NCBI RefSeq assembly: GCF_001194135.2
Contig: NC_068983.1
Location: 67,313,249-67,377,248, forward strand
Reading direction: 5' to 3'
DNA length: 64,000 bases
Source: Octopus bimaculoides
Lineage: Eukaryota
The translations under genes and the position numbers were made by a program. Below the pieces are notes generated by a model. The model was not told the origin of the DNA. It made no database searches and was given only the letters and a program-made list of their open reading frames with translations. How positions within the stretch are numbered: position 1 is the stretch's first letter; each line of letters begins with the position of its first letter. This document shows positions 1 to 12,700 of the stretch, piece by piece.

Positions 1-94
1 AGTTACTCTAATGTTTCTTGTTTCTCACTTTCATATAAAAGAAAAAGTTCAATACATTGTGCTGCATTCTGACATTATAAACATTTCATTTTAG

Positions 95-271
95 ACGCTA
101 ATGCAGCCTTGAAGGAATTTCTATTGGCAAGAAACCCCAAGCAACAACACTCTTGCACTTTAGAGTCATTTTTAATTAAACCGATCCAGCGAATTTTGAA
201 ATATCCACTTCTATTACAACAGCTGTGCCAACTGACTGATCCAGAGACAGACGAACATTACCATCTCTCAG
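95..271 (+). CDS. TIAM1: TIAM1/still-life RhoGEF internal exon (DH domain C-terminal part)
   Basis: ttag|AC acceptor and G|gtattc donor; 177 nt, phase 1 to phase 1. Encodes [58 protein letters not shown], matching the Tiam1/Sif DH motif [28 protein letters not shown]. Confidence 0.96.
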
Positions 272-471
272 GTATTCACTCTTAAAGATCTCCTTTTCAC
301 AGTTTATTGCAAAACTAAAATGATGTTATCACCTCATCATTTTTTCCTTATTGTTTGCATTAAATATTTTGGTTTTCAAAATGCCTTATGTCAAAAACTA
401 AGATTAAAATATCAGGAAGAAAGAAGAGGAAGATTAGAAAAATAGCTTCATATATTTTTATTTTCTTGCAG

Positions 472-596
472 AGGCCCTTCGTGGAATGGAAGCTGTAGCA
501 GAACATATCAATGAGATGCAGAAAATTTATGAGGAGTATGGTTACTCTTTCGATGAACTATCTCGTATGTACAAAGAACATCATCCACACAATAAA
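472..596 (+). CDS. TIAM1: TIAM1/sif exon (end of DH domain)
   Basis: ttttcttgcag acceptor and AAA|gtaagt donor; phase 1 to phase 0. Encodes [42 protein letters not shown] (Tiam1 [16 protein letters not shown]). Confidence 0.96.
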
Positions 597-1054
597 GTAA
601 GTTGTAAATCTATAAACTTATTGTTATAATTGCTATTCAACATTAGAGAAGTTCAGTTGAAAGTGACAATCTTTGTGGTAACTTTGTCATAATACCTTCC
701 TTGGCTAACTACTAAACAATATGCACAAATGAGAGAGACTTTACATGGTTTCTGTATCTACTAGAAATAACAGCCAGATCTCTCAAATTACATTTTACCA
801 TCTTTAGTTTAAAAAAGGATATGTTAAGTAATGTAACCTGAGATAAACTATTTTTTAACTAATTTAATCATAGGTCTGCTCCATCAGGGCTAATTGGTAC
901 TAAATGTCAACAATATAACAATAAGATATTGTCTTCATTTTGTACAATAGTTTTTATTGTAGAAATGCAAAAACACCAGAGCTGTAGTTATAAACATGTT
1001 TTTTTGGTTTCATGGAGTTTAAACTGAATTAGAAATATTTTGAGAAAAGACATA

Positions 1055-1601
1055 GGTACAGGAGTGACCATGTGGTAAGTAGCTTGCTTACCAACCACAT
1101 GGTTCCGGGTTCAGTCCCACTGTGTGGCACCCTGAGCAAGTGTCTTCTACTATAGCCTCAGGCTGCTCAAAGCCTTGTGGGTGGATTTGGTAGATGGAAA
1201 CTGAAAGAAGCTCACCGTATATATATATATATATNNNNNNNNNNNNNNNNNNNNNNNNNNNNNNNNNNNNNNNNNNNNNNNNNNNNNNNNNNNNNNNNNN
1301 NNNNNNNNNNNNNNNNNNNNNNNNNNNNNNNNNNNNNNNNNNNNNNNNNNNNNNNNNNNNNNNNNNNNNNNNNNNNNNNNNNNNNNNNNNNNNNNNNNNN
1401 NNNNNNNNNNNNNNNNNNNNNNNNNNNNNNNNNNNNNNNNNNNNNNNTGTGTTTACATACTTAGCGGTTCAAGAAAAGAAATTGATAGAATAAGTACTAG
1501 GCTTACAAAGAATAAGTCCTGTGGTTGATTTGCTCAACTAAAGGTGGTGCTCCAGCATGGCCCCAGTCAAATGACTGAAACAAATAAAAGAATAAAAGAA
1601 T
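1055..1601 (+). mobile_element. tRNA-derived SINE with internal microsatellite (family A), in TIAM1 intron
   Basis: A box (TGTGGTAAG) and B box (GGTTCAGTCCC), a CORE-like ...GGCAAGTGTCTTCTACTATAGCC segment, a (TA)n tract plus gap, and a tail CAGTCAAATGACTGAAACAAATAAAAGAATAAAAGAA. Homologous to copies at 35.0, 39.0, 55.8 and 62.8 kb. Confidence 0.88.
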
Positions 1602-1997
1602 AGTAAATGATTTTAGATTGGGAATTATCAGTTGCAAACTAAGCATTTATCAAATTTTTTTGTTTATGCATAAATGTTTACCTAGATGTTTTGTACATGT
1701 TTTCATATGTATTATTTAAGGTAACATGTAAATTGATTTCAATACAGAATGGAAAGACACTAGAATTGTTGTTATAACCAAAAATGGAATCACTTTTAGT
1801 GCTGTGTTAATGTTCCAGAAACATACTAATTTAAATTATCACCATATGTTATTTATAATTTCTGTATTTTTGAAGCACTACTCAACATAGCAAATGTATT
1901 TCTGTTGGTTTTGACAGATAAACTTCATATTCATTGCATTAGTATGTAAACAGCTGAGTATTCCTCAGAAACTTGTATACTTAATATAATTCTCAGA

Positions 1998-2212
1998 CAG
2001 AATCAGCCTGACATAGTGTGTGACAAGGATGGTCCTTTGAATTACAGATGAAGTTCATCCAACAGGCTTCCATAAGGTTCCCACCTGCCCAATCTCACTC
2101 ACAAGGCTTGGGTTGACCTGAGGCTATGTTGAAAGACGCTCGCTCAAGATACCATACAGTGGGTGCGAAACCAACACCTTATGATTACAAAGCAAACTTC
2201 CTAACTCTTTTG
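1998..2212 (-). mobile_element. Degenerate SINE fragment
   Basis: Contains the reverse complement of the family-A head (CTCACAAGGCTT...GAGGCTATG...AGACGCTCGCTCAAGATACC) and a GTGTGACAAGG...CTTTGAATTACAG motif shared with the SINE at 57 kb. Confidence 0.6.
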
Positions 2213-2735
2213 GCCATTAGATACACTTATGCACATAGACACATTTTATAAAGATAGTAGATATTGAGGTTGATAGTTTGTCTTCTGTCACTTCCACTGT
2301 ATTTTGCCCATGTCCAAAACTTTGTGACTGAGCTCAACTCTTTAAAAGTCATGCACCACTGTAAGCAACGATAACAATCTTAAAATTCATAAAAGTTTGA
2401 TAGCTTTCCTGGGGACCTGCATAGGACTGGGGGAAATCACTCTAGTCTTACTTCATTAAATAACTATATGAGTCTCTAGTATCACTAGAATTTAGATACA
2501 AGCTACTAAAACCTACAGCTGAATGATGAGCACAAGACGTGTGTAAGAAAATTCTTTATAAAGATACAAAGATTTATTTAGTGTGTTATGTTTTACTATA
2601 AATATTACAAGTACTTCTTTATTTTTCTAGCTGCATACACACTTCTATATGAATTTAATGCTTTAGCATTATTCTCTTTTTCACTAAAGTATAAATTTGG
2701 AGATGAAATTTTCATATAAGTTGTTCTACTTTCAG

Positions 2736-2909
2736 CCGGTAGACTTGAGTGTTGGAGAACTGCAAATGTATGGGACTGTACAATGGTGCAATGCTATAGA
2801 TTTCCTTGGGAAGATCAAGAAAGGGACAGACCTGGAGAATGTTGTGTTCGTTTTTAAAACTGGAATTGTCTTTCTGTGCCGTGAGAGGGTAAAGAGAAAA
2901 TTGAAGAAG
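2736..2909 (+). CDS. TIAM1: TIAM1/sif exon (PH domain following DH, N-terminal part)
   Basis: ctactttcag acceptor and AAG|gtaaat donor; 174 nt, phase 0 to phase 0. Encodes PVDLSVGELQMYGTVQWCNAIDFLGKIKKGTDLENVVFVFKTGIVFLCRERVKRKLKK (Tiam1 DLSMGDLL...FVFKTAVV). Confidence 0.95.
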
Positions 2910-3001
2910 GTAAATAGTACACTTACAATTATAATAAAAAGATAATTGACATTTTTAGAAGTCATGTATAACAATGACTAATTCCTATTTTATTTTAACA
3001 G

Positions 3002-3198
3002 AGTAGTAACAGCCGGAATGCTCCAATGTCTGAGGGCTATGATGCCATACCCCGTTTCCGCACCCTAATCCCTGTACATGAGGTGCAAGTTGTGAGCGGC
3101 TCACGGGCAGATTGTGAGAGGCACTATTGGTGGCAGCTAATCCATTCCAAGTCTGAGGTAGAAGGCCGGCCAGAGAGGCTGTACCAATTTTGCAACTG
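3002..3198 (+). CDS. TIAM1: TIAM1/sif exon (PH domain, C-terminal part)
   Basis: Follows a 92-nt intron; ttttaacag acceptor and TG|gtaagt donor; phase 0 to phase 2. Encodes SSNSRNAPMSEGYDAIPRFRTLIPVHEVQVVSGSRADCERHYWWQLIHSKSEVEGRPERLYQFCN (Tiam1 RFRHMIP...HVKSESEGRPERVFHLC). Confidence 0.95.
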
Positions 3199-3440
3199 GT
3201 AAGTTAATCTCAATGATGGTATCAGTGATGTAAACCTGATTATATGCACTAAACTGTGTGAGATAACAGATCTGAGTATATTATAGCAGTCATTTGCATT
3301 AAATGATGTATATACTACCAACCCTGCTAGAAATGTATGCCACATATAAGAACTGCTACAAATAAATAGCAAGAACTGTCCTTTTTTCATAAACCACTCT
3401 GATCTGATACATCACTATCAAACATTTGCATTTTCTTTTA

Positions 3441-3771
3441 CACTAGATTCTCAACCATATGACCCCTGGGGATCCATAATAGGTTTTGTTGGGGTTCCTA
3501 CTAGCAAAATAGTAAATTGAGGATCCACAATAGTATGTTAAGGTTCCATGAAAACATTTTGCTTTAGGTGTATTTATTGAAAGAAACAAATTTCTTTCTC
3601 TAATGTTTTACATAATTTAACCTAAACAAGTGAACTTGTGGAAAGCAAAATAGGAATTTTGAAAGAAGTTTCTATAAAACTAGTTTTTAAACATTGAATG
3701 GCTATGGGATCCATCAGCATAAAATAGTAATCAGATGGGTCCATACATAAAAAAATTGTTGAGAACCACCG
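3441..3771. mobile_element. hAT-like (CAGTGGTTCTCAAC-type) MITE, degenerate
   Basis: Left end CACTAGATTCTCAACC and right end GTTGAGAACCACCG are imperfect inverted copies of CAGTGGTTCTCAAC. A further solo end CAGTGGTTCTCAACAATTTTTTTT lies at 4167-4190. Confidence 0.55.
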
Positions 3772-4998
3772 CCCTAGATGTTAAGTTTAAATCCCAATAT
3801 TTATTGTTGTATATAAGGTTTTTAGGGAAAAAAATTTGACAGTAATGACAAAAAATGGAGTAATTAATGTTGACAATCTCTGGGTTCCTACAATATTTTA
3901 CATTTATGAAGTGGTTTCTAATAGAAAACTTGTAACCGCTTTTTGAACCAGTGTTATTAAAGAGAGACTGCTAGTGAGGCTTGTAATCATATTGATGCTA
4001 TTTTAGGTTTCATGCAAAATGGAGTTGTTTTCTTTTACTAAGAAAATTTCATGCAGCTGTCTCTCAACATCAGTTACTCCATTTTCTCTCATAATTGTCA
4101 AATTTTATTTCCCAAAAACCCTTATGAACAACATTGAATAATATGATTTAAACTTGACTTCTAGGACAGTGGTTCTCAACAATTTTTTTTCACATATGAA
4201 CCTGCCTATTTACTATAGTATCTGACATTATATAAAATGGTGTGCATTCTATTTTGCTCTCTATTCAATCTAGATCCATTTTGTTTTGTTATGATGCTTT
4301 CTATTACTTTCTTAGCTTGATTCATTGACTTAAAACTTCTTGGTTTCCTGAGTTTATTCGTTTTCTTTACCATGTGTATTAATTCACAACGGTAATGTTT
4401 TCAGTTATCTGCAATGACAAAATTCCTGCACAATTTGATTTGCTGAAAAAAAAAGCAATGTGAATGAGACCAGCCATTCTGTTATTTACATCTCAGTGAC
4501 TATTGCTGAAGATGTTGCATCATATCTTGTTTTTTGTGTCCTTAATCATTTCACTATAAAATGTTTTTCATGCATGGCTACTCTCTTGTCTTTCATGAAA
4601 ACAAACTCTTCCATGTTATTTTTAATCTTTATCTGATAGTGAACTCTAAAAATTATTTATCCTCTTGTAACTAAAAAGTTATAATTATTGATAATTTTAA
4701 TAGCATTTCTGTGTCTATTATCTTGGCTCAATTAAGCAATATAGTAAAGATAACATGTTACCAGTATTTTATCTTATGTTCACATTTTCATATCAATAGA
4801 CATCATATTACTCTTAGCTAACCACACTAAGATCATAGTAAACTATAAAAAGAAATATTCCAAGTGATTGTAAGACATTGTAAATTTTACTGTTGCAGAT
4901 AATGTTATTGTTGTTTATGTTTCTTCCTTTAAAACATGCTTTTTTCTTTTTGTTTTATACTAATTAACATTATATTTCTTTTTTTCAATTTTCTTTAG

Positions 4999-5722
4999 CA
5001 CATCTGAGGCTAAAACGGATTTCATGAAAGTTATCAGACAGACTATTAGAGACAGTGTTCGAAAAATGGCCGTGCCATCAGCACGGCAGACTGCCAAAAC
5101 CAAATACATTCCATTTGGTGGTAAGCGGCTTGAGTGTCTGGGAGCTAATCCACGCACTCTCAGTAAGATGCGTGGTGGATTAAAGGCTCCAGAGGTCGAG
5201 AGACATTCAGTGGATTTTGAGGAAAACTTCAACAACTGCGAGTACGACAGCATGTTTAGGACAAGAAGCAAAACAATAGGCAACCTGAATGAGGTGGCAC
5301 AAGGAGAAGACAAGAATGAGAAAATAGCTGACCAGGTACCAGCCCGACCAGCTTCATCTATTGCTAACCCTTATAGCACAGCGCCTCATGGAATGTCTAG
5401 CCGGCATCTAAGAGCTGCTGCACGAGAGCAGTCAGGTTCTAGGCCAACCTCACCAAGGCCCACCAGTGGGTCCCCAGTTTGGAAACCACGCCAGGACCCC
5501 AGTGGCTTTGGCATTTCAGGTACAAACAAACCGGGGACACCAACGCAAGTTCTGCCCTCACATGCTGTTGCCAGTGCACTAAGCAGCTCTGAGGCTTCAA
5601 CACCAACCACATCATCAGCATATGGAGATTACTCTGATGTTGTCTACCGGGCTGATACCCCTAGTCGGGTGATCACGCACCAGCCCTCCCATTGCATCGC
5701 CTACAAGGACACTGAGTGCTGA
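4999..5722 (+). CDS. TIAM1: TIAM1/sif terminal coding exon
   Basis: ttttctttag|C acceptor completes a TGC codon with the previous exon. Reads TSEAKTDFMKVIRQTIRD...KYIPFGGKRL (conserved Tiam1 YVPFGGKRL), then an S/P/T-rich tail ending KDTEC with TGA at 5720-5722. In frame with ORF 5024..5722. Confidence 0.93.
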
Positions 5723-6693
5723 GCCAGAAGAATGGGAATTGATTAATCAATTAATTAACCATAGTAACACATCTTTAACATCGCAGGGAAATTAAAACAA
5801 AGAAAATAATTAATTTCCCTGGAATAGTGTGGGTTTTTTTTCTTCAGTATTTGTTGAAAAAGAAAAGAAAGAACAACAAAAAAAAACCCCAAAGACTGTG
5901 TGTTTCTTCTGAGTCATGTTTTCAATGTACTCCACGACTGATGAACACTGGGAGTTGCTGGAGCAAGTATTCTCTCTCTCTCTCTCTCTCTCTCCCCCTC
6001 TCTCTCTCTCTCCCCTCCCCTCTCTCTCTCATCTGCTGTCACACAAATGTACATACACACATTCACATGTGCATATATGTGTGTGTAATGAGATGAGACA
6101 TCATGTAAAGACATTTATTTATTTATTTTATTTATTTATTTATTTATTTATTACTGTTAATTATGTCATATTTTCAGTAAAAAAATCCCAATGAGATTAG
6201 TGATGTTGTATCAATGGTGATAAATGACATGTAACCTACATGTTCTATAATGATAACTGCATAGATACATGCAAGGTGAACAACTCTTTCAATATACTTA
6301 GTATATTTAGTTAGTGGGTTTTTTTCTCAATATGCACAATGGAAACTAATGTAAAACCTCACAGCCATAGAATTAGCTAAGGTATTATATATATATATAT
6401 ATATATATATACAATATATATATACATATATATATATAATNNNNNNNNNNNNNNNNNNNNNNNNNNNNNNNNNNNNNNNNNNNNNNNNNNNNNNNNNNNN
6501 NNNNNNNNNNNNNNNNNNNNNNNNNNNNNNNNNNNNNNNNNNNNNNNNNNNNNNNNNNNNNNNNNNNNNNNNNNNNNNNNNNNNNNNNNNNNNNNNNNNN
6601 NNNNNNNNNNNNNNNNNNNNNNNNNNNNNTATATTTATTTATAATATATAATATATATATATATAATATATATTTATTTATAATATATAATAT

Positions 6694-6727
<34 letters not shown>

Positions 6728-6741
6728 ATATATATATACAC

Positions 6742-6775
<34 letters not shown>

Positions 6776-9700
6776 ATATATATATACACATATATATATA
6801 ATATATACACATATATATAATATATATATATACACATATATATAATATATATATACACATATATATATGATGATGATATAATATACATATATATAAGATA
6901 TTGTTCTTGTTTTAGAGGACTGTATTGTATTATATGAAGAGGTACTGAGCTAGAATTATGAATCCCTTTTCTCTGAGGTAGTATGGATTTAATGAGATGA
7001 AAGTGACAAATAGCTATCTCAGAAGAAAAATTAATATTAACTCTTTCTTAAGTGTGTGCAAATAGAACAAACTACATTTAATCTTTAAAGAGAGTAGGTA
7101 ATCTGTAAGATGGTTCTTTTTTATTCTATGAAAAAATATCCCTAAATTATTCATTTTTTTAAAAAATCTAGGCAGCAAAATTAATGATTCAGGTCTTAAG
7201 CGATGATTATATCAAAAATAAGTTGAATTGAATTAAGTTTTTGAATGTTAATTATGATAAAATAATTCTTAGAAAACTATTTTCATGTTTAGTAGAAGGA
7301 AAAGATCATTATTATTAGTGGTAATAATACCTAATATTTCACAAGCACAAATGAAATTACTTTATTTCAATGATGCTATACCATAAAGCTTCAATGAGTT
7401 TTTAATTGTCCAGTGGTTCCTTAAAATTTACTACTCTCTGTTTATTAGCATCATCTCACTATATTCCTACTGATTTATTTAATATATTTTTAAGTGTCAG
7501 ATTCGTTAAGTAGAATAAATAAATAGCCTGGAAAATAGATGTTAAATGAAGATAATAAAATTTTTTGTTAATATACTAAATGGAATGAAAAATCCATTTC
7601 TTATATATTCTTAGATTAGATTTGTACTGATAGAGTTGATTTAAATTAGTGTTTGTAAAATGGAAATTTGCCACAGATCAGAGACATGAGTGAATTCCAT
7701 TTTGCTATCTTAAAATCAAAATATTTTTTTGAGTTTACAAAAGTACAATTAATCTTAGTATTATTAATACTATGATAAGAATGGTATTCACCTCTAAAGG
7801 AAGGAGTCTCTATGCAGTTACTCAGCCTGTTAGAAATATAAACCAAATTTCCCAAATCCACATCCTACTTACTATAACATAGAAAGGACATACTGACTAA
7901 TGTTATCCTATATATATATATAAAAAGATAAGAGTGTCTAAAATGGAACATCTTTGATCATAAGTCTACTCAATGAGGTTTGAGCTGGGACTAAATACAA
8001 TAACAAAATAATAGCTTTTAAAGTATGTATAAAATTGATACTGCATTAATTTTTTAAGTTAACGATAGGAACATTTTTTAAAGTTTATAAATATATGTTT
8101 GACAATTTTATAAATTAATTTCAATAGATTTACGAATATTGAAAATAGATTAAGGATATATGAGAAATGTATGCATGTGTGTATTGAAATATCTAATAGA
8201 AACACTGGAATAATTACTGCTGAGGTAAAAGTGTTTTATTCTAAGGAAGAAATGAGAATTGAGAAGATGAGAAAAATTATTTTATATATCAGATGTTGTT
8301 GGTAAAAAAGGATGGAATTCATAACATTAAGATTATTGTTTTCTGGAACAAACCATATAGTAAGGAATACCAAAATACCTAAACCAACCTGGGAAAAGAA
8401 TTATTAGCAGAAGCCACTCCATATTTCTATCAAGACGATGCTTGCGTCTATTAAATATTGATTTCGAAAAGAAAGAGCAAAATGAAAATAATGTCAAGTG
8501 ATAGGCAGAAATAGCTTTCATATTTCTCTTTCACCAGTCATTCTTAAGCTAAAACTCATAATTCATTGACAATTCTAAAACAAATTCAAATAATGATGTG
8601 CGTTGTTCATGAAGCCCTCTGGTTTTAAAAACGTTTCAAAGCGATTTTTGATAGTTTTTTTTTTTTTTTTCATAAGGGACGTAACTTAACATGTTTCTCA
8701 TAAGATTTAATTATATAAACTTTTCTTTGCTAAGCTGCAATCAAAAGTGAAAATCTTAGAATAATAAAATTTGTTTTCATTATAGAGCTTTGTAGATGTC
8801 TAAAATAAAAGATCTAAGTGAGAAAATTAGAATTTAGTTGGTTAAAAAAATGTTCATACATTGATGATAGATATTGTTTTACAATGATAGCTGCTATTCT
8901 TTTATACTAGTTTCTCATTGATAATGTGATTTATCAATCTTGATAATCTAGTGAGATAATTTATCAAGTTATATAATTCTATTAAATTTTAGAGAGTAAA
9001 AACAATGAAAATAGGTTTGGAAATTATTTTTGAAGGTTCCTTATTCTTAATCAATGCTGATTATTAAAAACTACAAGAGAACACTGCTGTTACAAAACCA
9101 GGTAACAAAATTATAATTTCAAGGAAACTCAATAGAAAATGAACAATAACAAGATTTAGCATTAATTTGAAAGAGTAAATTATATATAGTCTTAATCCAA
9201 TGCAAGATTAATATATCATTTTATATGTTACAACAAAGCTTTGTCTAACTTATTCTTTTATTAGTTCCAGCCAGGTCGATGTGGTCATGCTGGTCGATGT
9301 GGTTATTGCCAAACTGAATTCCTGAAATTTTATTCTACTCTATTCTTGTATGCTCAGAATATTTTCTAAAGAAATCAAAACAAGTGATTTGTATAGAATA
9401 ATCAATGTTGGTTCAAAACTAACAAAATTTGGACTTGAAATAAAAAAAGAAATACCACTAAAATATCTTACATTTAAAACTGATACTAAAATAGAACAAT
9501 ATCTAAAAATAAATAAGCATTTTTACTTTACTATTTTTATGATATAATTGACATGGTAAGAAATTTTAGGTTCTTCTCCAAATATTCTGAAGTTATTAAA
9601 TGTAGAAAATTATAATTAAGGTAACTCATGCATTAACTTAATAAAAAATAAACTATAAAGTCAAACATTTCAAACACTGTTTAAAAAAAGTAAATAAAAT

Positions 9701-12700
9701 AAAATATATGTTATTTAAGGTAGTCAGGAAATGATTAAAAGATGTTGTATGCTTATGTATTTTTATTGTGTTGGTGAGTAACTTATTGATTTCAGTTGTT
9801 CTTCATTCATGCTATTGGATAAATGATAATATTTATAATTATTAATCAACTTTAAATACATGTGTAAATAGACATGCATTTACAAACAAATTTTAGTCTA
9901 ATACCTATATACTGAATATATTACAAAGTCTATGTTAAAATGTTTCTTGTTCTAAATAATAATTAAAACTTTCTGTCAATATTGCTAAAGCTCCACTGCA
10001 GTAATGAAGGACTATTGTGACTGTGAACATTGTTCCTTGAACTACATGAACTGCATAAAACATAAAAACAAATGTGAACTGCATAAAACAAAATACAAAA
10101 ATCCCTGTTATTATTGAGTTTAAAAAAGAAAGGATACTATGTTTAAAAGATAAAAATTCAATTGTTTAAAAAACTGAAAATAAATAACAAAATCTCTAAA
10201 AGTATTTGTTATTCCATTGTCAATAAAGCATGAATTTTAAGAGAGATATGCATGTATTAAAAGAAAAATTAACATAGCATAAATCCTAAAAGAAGCAAAG
10301 AAAAGCAGGAAAGGAAAACATAGCTAAAATGAAAATTTTCTTTTAATTGTTATTTTTACATAGTTTTGTTTTATTTTGTTTTAACTCTGAAAGAAGATTT
10401 ACCAATATAATAATGATAATGAGTAAAGAAATGTTTGGTTGGATTTTATTGCCCTTTCCTACACATCTATCTTTCCTTCATAAAGATGAATTCCTTTTCT
10501 GCTTATTTAAATATCCTTCCCTAAAATTTTTCCTTATTTCCCTCCTGAAATCTAACTTCCATTTTTATTAATTTTTCGTACAGGAGTCACTGTTGATTTT
10601 GAAAGCCTTAGGATCTTTCTTAGGCATAATGTAATAAAAGTATATTTTTGCTTTGCAACTCTTTAAAAGTACAATAAAATGTATTCTAAACTGAAAGACT
10701 ATCTCACAGTGTATGGTTAAGAGAAGGAAATATTTCTTAAATATCCTCACTCTTCCACTTGGTGTTTGTGTAAACACATTTCTCCTGCCACAGATTACCT
10801 GGCTTCGTTAAAATATATTCAACCCAAATATGCACATGCATGAACCTGATTATGTTCACATTCCTCATTTTAATGTTCTATAAATGCATGGTTACCCTAA
10901 ATTTAAATAAATTTTCCACTAAGAAAGTATCATTTGCATTAAGGTTTACTATTGCTGTTTCTCACTTACAACTAGCATTAAAGTTTCAAATCCCTTATTA
11001 GTAACACTTTATCCTGTAATTATTGCTGTCATCAATCTCAAATATTAATAATATTATAACCAACTAAATTTAGTCGCTATAAAATCTATTAACCATGAAT
11101 GCTAATGCTAATTTTAAAAACTAATACAAAAGTTACCAATAAATGAAATAGAAATAAAATTTACAAACTACTTGGTGAGTTTCTTTGAAATTATGATGTA
11201 ACTAATAAACATTTAAGTGCATTTGAAAAGTAAAAATCAATTGATATGATGTTTCTTAAAAATATTTTACACCTCTAAAAACAGCATGATTTCACTTGTT
11301 CTTGTTTTGCACTAACCTTATTTTGTGCTCTGGCACATTCCACTGTTACCTGGTGTTAAAGCAGATTGTCATTAGTTTAGTAATATATTTAATTTTGTCG
11401 ATGTTTGATCCTTCTACCTAAACTGTACAATTGTATATTTTATACTTTTTTTTAATGCCTTGTTTGCCATACAGAATATCAGATGTCAATGACATACTGA
11501 TTGCAAAAAATGATGTCTTCATATATACTTCATTCTTATTTATCAGAATTAGCGTCGACTAGAAAGAAATGGGGAAGAAATAGATTTGAAATTATTGCAT
11601 TTTATACTAATCTTTAAAAAAACAACTTTTTTTTTTTTTTTTGTAGGTGCAGATTGATGAGTTGTAGTGCACATGAGCACTATATACAATAATTTTATTA
11701 TTATTATTATTGTTATTTTAGGACACAGAAAACAATTTGCTTTCTTTTAAAAAAAAAAAAATTGAAAGTTGGATATCTCTTTTTCCTATACTTAAATAAG
11801 AATAGCTGATTAAAGCATTGTTTGTTAATGTAAGAACATAAGAGAGAGAATACTAACGTTGGACTTAAGAGCAGCAGCTTTAACTCGATGAAAGATCATA
11901 TATAAAGGGAAATAATTAGAATAGTAATTCGGAGAGTTACTTCCCGTGTTGACCTTTTTATTTCTTTTTTTAACATACCTTACATAATTTTTTTAATATA
12001 TTTTACTCAGGAAAAAAAAAATATTTTACATAATCCCTACCCAACTATTATCATTTTCCAAAGTATTTTTTCTTTCGAGCGTTATTTAAGGTCTTCTTTT
12101 CCAATACATTAATTTTAAATATATTAAAAATTTTTTAGAATGTATTTACAAAAAATTCAGTTTCAATTTTGCTTAGTTACTTATACAACTACAACTAAAT
12201 TGGTGCACATTGATAACTTAATGGGTTATTTTGTTAATTGATATAATTAAATTATTTCATGTGCTTCACTTTATTTGAAAGAAGGAATTATTTCAGAAAA
12301 TTCTATGACTGCTATGTTTCTACGCAGTGTCAACTTGTATTAACCAGCATGGGTACATGATTTCACAGATGTGTAAGTGTATATCAGGAAGAGGAGAGAT
12401 GACATTACTTTCAATTAATCAAATATAAACACGACACATGCTAAAGTAGTGATAAAAAACACCCTCTTTGCTAAGGACTCTGCAACCTCAATAAATAATC
12501 TTTGGGATAAACTGAGCTTTTAAATATAGAAAAATTAAAGAATATTTTCCAAAACTTAAACATGTTTTAGTATCAAACACAGACAGAAAATTTTTCTATA
12601 TAGATATAACATTTAATAACTGATATATATATATATAACTAGCTAGCTTAATACTGATAGAACTGAACAACATAATTTTCTTAGCTTGTTGAATAAGTCA

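Noticed and set aside
2697-2735. In-frame upstream extension of the PH exon (MEMKFSYKLFYFQ)
   Set aside because: It is the intron's polypyrimidine tract and acceptor; homology starts at 2736.
4960-5621. Minus-strand ORFs of 60-117 aa over the last TIAM1 exon
   Set aside because: Antisense shadows of a real coding exon.
5708-5722. Terminal Cys as a CAAX prenylation signal
   Set aside because: The Cys is the last residue, not at position -4.
6385-6888. Many IYIY/HTHT/CVCV ORFs here and at 15.4, 22-26, 28-33, 39, 47 and 52 kb
   Set aside because: They are translations of (TA)n, (CA)n and (TG)n microsatellites.
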